Origin: a virus
Taxonomy: Duplodnaviria > Caudoviricetes
Direction: 5' to 3' (one strand)
IMG/VR virus record: IMGVR_UViG_3300044724_005005
Location: 1-37,183 of that record
DNA: 37,183 nucleotides
Below the pieces are notes generated by a model that saw nothing but the letters and a program-made list of their open reading frames with translations, did no database searches and was not told the DNA's origin. Each line of letters opens with the position of its first letter. The stretch's first letter is position 1. Below, in pieces: positions 17,148-24,205 of this stretch. Position numbers and translations under genes: made by a program.

Positions 17148-17906
17148 TTAGGGAACGATTGAGGGACGCTCGACCTGCTCAGATACTCGGGTTCTGCTGT
17201 ACGACTTGCAACTGTTGCACTGCCACTGCTGATATGTAGCGACCTGGGTGTAACGCACACCCCGCTTCTGCAGGCTACTAGACCCGCATGTCGGGCAGTT
17301 CTGGCCACCATCGTACACGTTAAGGTTCGGGTGGTTCTTCATCCAAGGACGCAGCTTCATGTAAACTTTGCGAAGCAAATCAACATCCTGCTTAGCATAC
17401 TTAATCATCAACTTCCAATACTTCATGTCACCACGCATACAGCCAGCCCAAGTTTCAAAACCTCCCGTAGAAACCTTACGACCAACACCCAGGTGGTCGC
17501 CAAGATGATCCAGCTTGTTGCTGTTGAACATGAAGTATCTACGAGCAACCTTCAACGTGTCTACAGACTTGACTGGAGATGCCGGACCTAGCCCGTGGGC
17601 TACGAAACGAGCGTTAGCCTTACGCATATCGAACCTGTCACCGTTGTGAGCAATCACAATATCTGCCTCGTCAAACAGATCCCACAGCTTCTTAACAACG
17701 TGGAAGTCGTTCTCAGGGTCCTTCTTGTAGTCGGCAGGGAAGTCAACCAGAGAAGTTACATTCGTCTTCTTCTCATGCTCCCACCGGTACGATACACAAA
17801 GCATGTACCACTCACGCTCATGTGCAATCACGTTCTGTTCGTACTGTCCCCACACCATACTGAGGTTGGGTGCCGTCTCGATATCGTAATATAGTATTTT
17901 CGCCAT
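17148..17906 (-). CDS. DnaQ/RNase H-like (YprB/PolB-exo-like) 3'-5' exonuclease with C-terminal Zn ribbon
   Basis: YDIETAP, AHNGDRFD, DTLKVAR, YAKQDV; CPTCGS...CNSC. Confidence 0.85.
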   Translation of the reverse strand: MAKILYYDIETAPNLSMVWGQYEQNVIAHEREWYMLCVSYRWEHEKKTNVTSLVDFPADYKKDPENDFHVVKKLWDLFDEADIVIAHNGDRFDMRKANARFVAHGLGPASPVKSVDTLKVARRYFMFNSNKLDHLGDHLGVGRKVSTGGFETWAGCMRGDMKYWKLMIKYAKQDVDLLRKVYMKLRPWMKNHPNLNVYDGGQNCPTCGSSSLQKRGVRYTQVATYQQWQCNSCKSYSRTRVSEQVERPSIVP

Positions 17907-17920
17907 TTGAATCACTGCTT

Positions 17921-18181
17921 TCAGTTTAACGCATCTACTTGCGAAAGGCAAGCCTTTAGTCTTTTAATGTCGTCTAGTTCGTAAAATTTGCTTCCCGCAG
18001 AAAAAAACGTTCTCCGGTTCTTTCTTTCTTTTTCCAATATGCCTTCTTTAACAAGTCGATCTAGTGCCCGCCAAACATGCTGATACCTAATTCCTACTTT
18101 GTCAGCGATCTGCTGCTGCGTAAGATTAGGGTTTTCTAGCACGGTAACAAGCACTCTCGCATTAACTGTCAGAATCCTCAT
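17921..18181 (-). CDS. Winged helix-turn-helix (MarR-like) DNA-binding protein
   Basis: NPNLTQQQIADKVGI...VWRALDRLVKEGILEKER..RRTFF. Confidence 0.8.
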   Translation of the reverse strand: MRILTVNARVLVTVLENPNLTQQQIADKVGIRYQHVWRALDRLVKEGILEKERKNRRTFFSAGSKFYELDDIKRLKACLSQVDALN

Positions 18182-18677
18182 CGAAAGTCACAGACTCCAT
18201 AACGGACAACGAAATATCCATCTCGGCCAACTTGCCCTCAAGAAACGCTGTCTTTTCCAAAGCAACATCAAGCTTAGCAAACGTATCAGCAAGAACACTA
18301 GTCAGGTAGATAATCTTCTCATCAGTGGTCGGGATAGCGCTCATCTTCTCAAGCACCGTAAACTCGGTCACATCGTATTCTGCAACCTTCGAGGAAACAA
18401 ACTTACGGTACCCGCTGAGAAGCTTAGAGGTTTCCGGGTCCGTATCTGCAAGGTTAATCAGGAGACTCTCAAAGTCTCTACCAATCGTAAGTGTTGCACC
18501 ATCACGATTAACGTAGCCTCGATCAATAAGCGGACGCAAAGCAGTATGGACCCATTTCTCATCGGTCCTAAACACGCCGTTCTTATTGATCAGCAAATCT
18601 AAAGCACGTGTAACATCATCAGACCCTTGATTTCGGATCTGGCTGCTAACCGCTTCAGTTACTGTCTTCTTATCCAT
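18162..18677 (-). CDS. Hypothetical protein (possible wHTH plus coiled coil)
   Basis: 171 aa; LRPLIDRGYV is wing-helix-like; first gene after a strong promoter. Confidence 0.65.
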   Translation of the reverse strand: MDKKTVTEAVSSQIRNQGSDDVTRALDLLINKNGVFRTDEKWVHTALRPLIDRGYVNRDGATLTIGRDFESLLINLADTDPETSKLLSGYRKFVSSKVAEYDVTEFTVLEKMSAIPTTDEKIIYLTSVLADTFAKLDVALEKTAFLEGKLAEMDISLSVMESVTFDEDSDS

Positions 18678-18683
18678 GTGGCT

Positions 18684-18712
18684 ATTCTATAGGGGCTGTA
18701 ATCGTCTGTCAA
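18684..18712 (-). promoter_or_regulatory. Consensus sigma-70 promoter giving a probable leaderless transcript
   Basis: TTGACA-17 nt-TAGAAT, then 6 nt, then ATG (18677); no SD sequence. Confidence 0.8.
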
Positions 18713-18732
18713 GACTATCGTTTCACAACAAT

Positions 18733-18981
18733 TTAGGCAAACAGCCTATCCCACGTAATCTTATCTACAATACCTGTGCACTGAAGGCCGTTCTTCGACT
18801 GGAAAGCCGCAACAGCTTCTAGAGTCTTACGACCATACCAGCCGTCCACTTTAATCCCCAGAACGTTTTGGACAGGACGCACAACATCAGATCTCAGATT
18901 CTCGTGCAAAGCACGGCCCGGAAAAACCGGGGGCGCCGGTTTAGCAGGCGCAGTTTTTCTAACAGCTTTCTTTCTAGCCAT
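18733..18981 (-). CDS. Stand-alone peptidoglycan-binding (PG_binding_1) protein
   Basis: VQNVLGIKVDGWYGRKTLEAVAAFQSKNGLQCTGIVDKITW; GGAG RBS before ATG 18981. Confidence 0.85.
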   Translation of the reverse strand: MARKKAVRKTAPAKPAPPVFPGRALHENLRSDVVRPVQNVLGIKVDGWYGRKTLEAVAAFQSKNGLQCTGIVDKITWDRLFA

Positions 18982-19009
18982 GACACACTCCAAAATAGAC
19001 TACACAAGT

Positions 19010-19020
19010 ATTATAACACA
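19010..19020 (-). promoter_or_regulatory. Extended -10 promoter
   Basis: TGTGTTATAAT in the intergenic gap. Confidence 0.6.
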
Positions 19021-19749
19021 TTACCCGCACCAGCTACCACTCATATACCAAGGTTGCCACTTGCATCCAGCCCAGCTAGCCGCCGAATCCGCAATGTACT
19101 TGGCTTGCACGAGATTAGTGTACGGGTCAAGCAAATCGTCACGAGTGATACCCAGACCCGTCAATCGGCTTCCGTGTGCAGCCCAGTTGATCTGAGTCAA
19201 ACCATAGTCTCTCGTGGGACTAATAGCCCCTGGCCGACACGTAGACTCCTTAAACATGATACGTCCCAGTTTAGGCAAGTCTTCTTCAGCCCAACCTGCA
19301 GAACGGGCCACATCCCACCATTCAGTGCACTGCGGTGTAGGGTTTGTGTTTGAAGATGATCCTGAACTTGCAGCCGGAGCGCCGGGAACGTTCTCTGTGC
19401 TCCATCCCATACTTTCTAACAGTTCAATGTGAACGGCTCGGGTTTGAGGACCATACTGGCCGTCTGCCGAGACCCCTAAGATGCCCTGTAGGTCTTCTAC
19501 GTTATCTCCGCTTCCCCACGCATATTCGTCTAGCACAACTTCAATAACTGGTTCTAAAGCGGTCAAATCAACGGGCGCTACAGACGAATATTCTTCTACT
19601 CGTCGCGGAATAGCAGCAGGGGCAGGCTCTTCTACTTCTTCAACTACAGGCAGTGCCTGCGGCTCAGGCTCGTTGATATCTAACGGGTCATCGGCAGCAC
19701 ACCCTGAAAGCAGCAGAACTGCGACAAGGGTAAGTGTTTTGAGAAACAT
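19021..19749 (-). CDS. Lipoprotein with PG-binding segment and lytic transglycosylase (SLT/lysozyme-like) domain
   Basis: Lipobox LLSGC; LQGILGVSADGQYGPQT; IMFKES...A.S...DYGLTQIN...LLDPYTNL...WQPW. Confidence 0.85.
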   Translation of the reverse strand: MFLKTLTLVAVLLLSGCAADDPLDINEPEPQALPVVEEVEEPAPAAIPRRVEEYSSVAPVDLTALEPVIEVVLDEYAWGSGDNVEDLQGILGVSADGQYGPQTRAVHIELLESMGWSTENVPGAPAASSGSSSNTNPTPQCTEWWDVARSAGWAEEDLPKLGRIMFKESTCRPGAISPTRDYGLTQINWAAHGSRLTGLGITRDDLLDPYTNLVQAKYIADSAASWAGCKWQPWYMSGSWCG

Positions 19750-19775
19750 GTGTAGCTCCTTTGATTGCTTCCAAT

Positions 19776-19804
19776 ATTGTATTGCATATTGGTTACGGAA
19801 GCAA
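19776..19804 (-). promoter_or_regulatory. Sigma-70-type promoter inside an inverted repeat
   Basis: TTGCTT-17 nt-TACAAT; TTGCTTCC...GGAAGCAA arms at 19765-19772 and 19797-19804. Confidence 0.6.
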
Positions 19805-19826
19805 CCCTGTTTCCATAAACGTGGAG

Positions 19827-22091
19827 TTACTGTGCTTCTAATGCTTCTAGTCTTGCTGTGAGAGCCGCTACCTGAGCTTCCAACGACTCAACACGATTCT
19901 TTTGGTCCTGACCGATCTTGATCAAAGGCACCGTCAGATACTCGTAGTAGATCGACCGAGGCGTTTCGCCCCAATGCCCCTCGTCGTAACGCACCGCATA
20001 CTCGTAACCTGCCTCGTGCAGACTTTCGGCAGACAGGCCAGCTTCCAACGGGGTGTCGTCGGCGTCGTCGATGCCTCGGTACTTGATGACACGAGCGTCA
20101 AGAACTTGGTACGCCTCCTCTAGAGGCATGTCTACGATGTCTTTCTTGTACCGTTCGCTGGAGACAAGCTCCATGACCTGTCGGTCGTCGTCTCGGGACC
20201 GCAACGTCCAGTAACCGCCCGACGAGAACTGATTACCTTGCTGCAACCAGAAATGATCCCAAGCAAGGCCGCTCTTGCCCAACTGCCGTGAGTTATCAGC
20301 GTCAGGGTAAAGATGCCCGTAGACCCTAACCCCGTCACTCTCTGTTCGGAGTTTGGCCGAGTTGTTGTGGTAGAGCTGCACGGTGCCGTTTAGCTGGCCC
20401 CACATCATCCATTCGTTGTTGACATCGTTGTAGATGCCCCAGTCGTTGCTATCATTGTGCATGAACACGACACGACCGTTGATGGAAAACCCATCCCAAG
20501 AATTTACATTGGCTGTCTGAATTGACCCGTAAGTGCCAGTTACGTTTGTTTGCAACTGCCCGTGTACTCTCAGCCTGTTGTCGATGCCGCCTTCAGCGGT
20601 AATACGAATCTGCTCACGATTAGCCCATACCGTACTGTTGCTATCCGATGAGACGATCATGAGACCGCCTTCAGCAGCCACCCATACATACTCGCCAGTT
20701 GCGTTGCCTGCAAGGTTCCAGTTATCACCACCCTCTAAGGTAAGGAAGTTGCCGTTGTCGTTTTTGATGGAGTCAGTAGTGAGAGTTCCGTCAATCGTCA
20801 CGTTCCCTGTCGCCGTCAGTCCTCCGGCAATCGCTACGTCACCAGTTACGTCAATGTCGTTCTGATCGGAGTCAAGAACGATCTGACACGACGAACTGTT
20901 AGCACCTGCACGGATGTAAACGTCGCCGCCCGTGCCGCCCGAAATAAACGTTGTGGTGCCGTTTGACATGATGACGTATTCGTTAGCGCTGGCTTCGCCC
21001 ATCCCAGCAGTACGCAGACCCACATAGTCAGTTGCGTAAGTTTGCCCGAGAACGATACCGCCATCAGCACCGCCCGACTGCGCCGTAAAATGCCCAGTCG
21101 AAGTCGTATCGCCGCTCAACCCAAGCGAAGTAAGCGTGCCAACCGACGTAAGCGACGAAGCCGTCACTCCAGAAGCCAACGTGCTGCCCGTCAAAGTTCC
21201 CGCAGGAGCCGACCCAGCCGTCGTAGCCGTCGTAGCCGTCGTAGCCGTCGCAGCGTTCCCGCTAATGTCGTTCGCCAACGTACCATTCGGAACATCATTC
21301 GTACGACCAGCGCCCTGAACCAAAATCTCGCCAGTATTCTGCTGAACACGAATAACCTTACCAATCTTCTGAACCAACTCAGAAGACCCCGAAGGCCGAG
21401 TCGTCGTCAAACCACCAGAAACAGCAACATACAACTCGTCACCCACACTATAACCCGGAGTGTCCGTATCAAAATTCTGCAAAACACCAGAAACAACAAC
21501 GTCACCCTGGCCATTAACAGCCAAATCCTGATCCAACAAACCCATAGCAGGCATCGTGCCCGCAGAACCAGCAGACGACCCCTGCACCTCAATAGCCCCA
21601 GAAGCCCCCACAGCACCAGTAGCATACACAGGATCGCCCTGCGACAAAGCAACACTATCCACGTTCTTCACTTGCAAATGAATAGCGCCATGCAAATCAC
21701 CGTAAAAATCGTCAGCCGTTACCGAAGTCAACGTGATATCTGACTCTAAATTAACTGTAACAGTCCCAGAAGACCCGCCACCATTCAAATTCGTGCCAGC
21801 AACCACCGACGTAATATCGCCCGCAGGATCACCAGTATTACCCTCATACGCTACGCCCGTAAACGCAACAAACGACCCAGACTTGCCCTCCAAAAACCCC
21901 AAAAACACAACATCCCCAGCAGCAGGAGCCGGACCAGCATAAGGAATACCCTCATAAATATTCTCTAAACCCAAACGAGGAATCCGGACAGACAACAAAT
22001 CATCCGACCCGACAGAAACAACAACACCCCGAAAAATACCGCTCTGCGTTACATTATTCGACGCTGCAGTATTAAAACTAGTTCTACGCAC
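19827..22091 (-). CDS. Baseplate spike (gpV/gp5 OB-like N-terminus) fused to fibre and C-terminal intramolecular chaperone (peptidase S74-like)
   Basis: GIFRGVVV...VRIPRL...P..GD.VFLGFLEG N-terminus in the slot after the hub; SSERYKKDI...GLSAE...YEYLTVPLIK..Q + coiled coil at the C-terminus. Confidence 0.75.
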   Translation of the reverse strand: MRRTSFNTAASNNVTQSGIFRGVVVSVGSDDLLSVRIPRLGLENIYEGIPYAGPAPAAGDVVFLGFLEGKSGSFVAFTGVAYEGNTGDPAGDITSVVAGTNLNGGGSSGTVTVNLESDITLTSVTADDFYGDLHGAIHLQVKNVDSVALSQGDPVYATGAVGASGAIEVQGSSAGSAGTMPAMGLLDQDLAVNGQGDVVVSGVLQNFDTDTPGYSVGDELYVAVSGGLTTTRPSGSSELVQKIGKVIRVQQNTGEILVQGAGRTNDVPNGTLANDISGNAATATTATTATTAGSAPAGTLTGSTLASGVTASSLTSVGTLTSLGLSGDTTSTGHFTAQSGGADGGIVLGQTYATDYVGLRTAGMGEASANEYVIMSNGTTTFISGGTGGDVYIRAGANSSSCQIVLDSDQNDIDVTGDVAIAGGLTATGNVTIDGTLTTDSIKNDNGNFLTLEGGDNWNLAGNATGEYVWVAAEGGLMIVSSDSNSTVWANREQIRITAEGGIDNRLRVHGQLQTNVTGTYGSIQTANVNSWDGFSINGRVVFMHNDSNDWGIYNDVNNEWMMWGQLNGTVQLYHNNSAKLRTESDGVRVYGHLYPDADNSRQLGKSGLAWDHFWLQQGNQFSSGGYWTLRSRDDDRQVMELVSSERYKKDIVDMPLEEAYQVLDARVIKYRGIDDADDTPLEAGLSAESLHEAGYEYAVRYDEGHWGETPRSIYYEYLTVPLIKIGQDQKNRVESLEAQVAALTARLEALEAQ
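21216..21251. repeat. 4 x 9-bp tandem repeat (AGCCGTCGT) encoding Ala/Thr repeats
   Basis: agccgtcgt x3 + agccgtcgc. Confidence 0.9.
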
Positions 22092-22105
22092 AACCTCACC
22101 AAACC

Positions 22106-23431
22106 CTACTCTGCCTTAGAAGCCCCAGGAGTCTTAATATAAAACCACGTCTCCGCATCAACAACACCAGACTCAGCCAAACCATAATTAGACTGGAACG
22201 CTTTCACAGCAGCCTCAGTACGAGGACCAAAAACGCCGTCAACAGCCAAAGTTCTAAACGCAACACCAGACGAATTCGAATCAACCTCTACCGTAAGACC
22301 CAACTCACGAAAAGCATCAATTTCAGCCTGAGACAAATTAGAACGAATCTGCGGAACAGGAGTATTAATTACATAACTAACCGACGTAGACGTATACGTA
22401 AACCCGCTACCAGTAGACACCTCACTAGCAAACGTATTCATAGCCTGCTGAATACGCTTCACACAATCACCACGAGAACCCCGCTGGAAAGTCTCCAACT
22501 CACACATCATATCCTCAGTATCTTCCACCGCAGTACCAGAAATACTCACAAAACCAGACGCAGAAGCATCATAATTTACTTTATCAACCATAAACGGCAA
22601 CGTGAACCCATTAAGGCCCTTAACCTCAACACCAACCCCAGGAAACAACGTCACGGACGAAGTGTTCTTTAACAAGTTTACCTGAATAGTTGCCGAAGAG
22701 TCTTTAGAGTCCGTTGACTTTCTGACAGTCAAATTAGACACATAGAAAGAATCGTTATCGTTCGAAGGCAAGTTTAAAGTAATACGTGGCTGGTTCTCAA
22801 TGATGTATTTCTCAGACGCAAAGAACAACACATTGTTTGATTCAAAAAACATGAATTCTGCTTCGCTAGCGAGACGCTTTAACACATCGTAGGTGGATTC
22901 GTCTTTGTCGTCGTTTTGTTCTCTAACAATGTTCCCTTCTACGTTTGTGAACTCACCAAAAAATCGTAAATTAACTCTTTCTGCTGCTTGTTCTGCAAAA
23001 GCGGTAGGGGAGATTCTTCCAAACGACTGCTGGCCTTTTTCTTTCTTCAAAGCCTGCATGCCTGCGCTTCGTGCTGTAACTCTAACAATGTCGTGTTGAG
23101 CATAGGAAGCTTCAATAGCGACAATTTCAAAAGAGGTAGGTGAATATTTTAGGTCAAGCAAATCGCTGTCTACGGGAACGTCGGTATCTAGGTCGCCTGG
23201 ATAAATTCCGAACTCGACTCTTCGTCCAATTAAGAAAAAGTTGTTGTTGAGCATGTTGAAGCCGGGGTCGTAAACAGAAAAACTGATTTGCGACACCATT
23301 TTAGCAGTCAAATCGTAATCAAAATCTGTTACTGATTCGATAATAGGTATTAGACCATCGCCAATCTCACCGACACGTAACAAGTCGATTAACCCATGCT
23401 CGCCAGTAAATAAACCATCTACTAAAGTCAC
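22106..23431 (-). CDS. Baseplate hub (gpD/gp27-like) with C-terminal PG-binding domain
   Basis: ESTYDVLKRLASEAEFMFFESNNVLFF hub motif; GSRGDCVKRIQQ and VDGVFGPRTEAAVKAFQ; GTG start. Confidence 0.75.
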   Translation of the reverse strand: MTLVDGLFTGEHGLIDLLRVGEIGDGLIPIIESVTDFDYDLTAKMVSQISFSVYDPGFNMLNNNFFLIGRRVEFGIYPGDLDTDVPVDSDLLDLKYSPTSFEIVAIEASYAQHDIVRVTARSAGMQALKKEKGQQSFGRISPTAFAEQAAERVNLRFFGEFTNVEGNIVREQNDDKDESTYDVLKRLASEAEFMFFESNNVLFFASEKYIIENQPRITLNLPSNDNDSFYVSNLTVRKSTDSKDSSATIQVNLLKNTSSVTLFPGVGVEVKGLNGFTLPFMVDKVNYDASASGFVSISGTAVEDTEDMMCELETFQRGSRGDCVKRIQQAMNTFASEVSTGSGFTYTSTSVSYVINTPVPQIRSNLSQAEIDAFRELGLTVEVDSNSSGVAFRTLAVDGVFGPRTEAAVKAFQSNYGLAESGVVDAETWFYIKTPGASKAE

Positions 23432-23446
23432 AACCTAAATCCTTAG

Positions 23447-24205
23447 CTATTCAAAAGCCCCAGCGGTTAAGGTATTGCCGCCACCATCATCCGGATCCCA
23501 TACGCCGTTAACATCAGGAATCTCGTCTTCAGGCGGAGGAGCATCAGTCACAGACCCAGGTGTTGCAGGAGTCTCCACAATAGCCGCCAACTCCGTAACA
23601 ATCTGTTGAATAAGCAACTTCTCAGTCAGCTGCAAATCAACCGACACCTGCGTCGGCACACCCGACATATTTCTCCTATCAACCGTAAAAGAAAACTTCG
23701 TCAACGAAACCACAAACGGCAACGCCGAAATACCATACATAAACCTACACGGCACACCATTTCTCGCAATCGTAGCCAAATTATCTAAAATGATTTCAAC
23801 ACCTCCCGGCGCACAACCACCAGACGCCTTATCAGCAATCATAGCAGAAAAAGTCACCGTACGCAACTTCGGATGCTCATACACCAACAACGGCGCTCTC
23901 TTAGGACGTGGAACTTGCTGATGATTACCAGCGTACTCATCAAACTTTAAGTTCTGGGGACCATAAGGAAAATCAACCTTGTAATCTTCCCACGTGTCTC
24001 CTTGAGGAAGCGTAAATTCTGTATTTACAGTTAACGCTAAAACTTGCTCCTCGCCATCGTCGTTTTCGATTGTGGTCGTAAGTGTTTCTGGTTGAAAAGG
24101 TTGAAGCGACGCACGCAAAGGCGTAGAAGGCGTGTAGTTGATGTCTTCTGTAAGAAAAAGGTTGTCTTGTCCGATTGGTACGATATTTTGCTGAAGAAGC
24201 GGCAT
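23447..24205 (-). CDS. Tail tube initiator-like protein (gpU/gp48-54-like)
   Basis: Position between tape measure and hub; FPYGP...VPRP...PLL...LRTVTF...VDLQLTE pattern. Confidence 0.6.
   Translation of the reverse strand: MPLLQQNIVPIGQDNLFLTEDINYTPSTPLRASLQPFQPETLTTTIENDDGEEQVLALTVNTEFTLPQGDTWEDYKVDFPYGPQNLKFDEYAGNHQQVPRPKRAPLLVYEHPKLRTVTFSAMIADKASGGCAPGGVEIILDNLATIARNGVPCRFMYGISALPFVVSLTKFSFTVDRRNMSGVPTQVSVDLQLTEKLLIQQIVTELAAIVETPATPGSVTDAPPPEDEIPDVNGVWDPDDGGGNTLTAGAFE

Noticed and set aside
11493-18993. Longest-ORF starts at 11556, 12079, 12789, 13879, 17311, 17951 and 18993 (also 10506 and 31598)
   Set aside because: They overlap upstream genes, promoters or the tRNA; downstream ATGs have better RBSs or match family N-termini.
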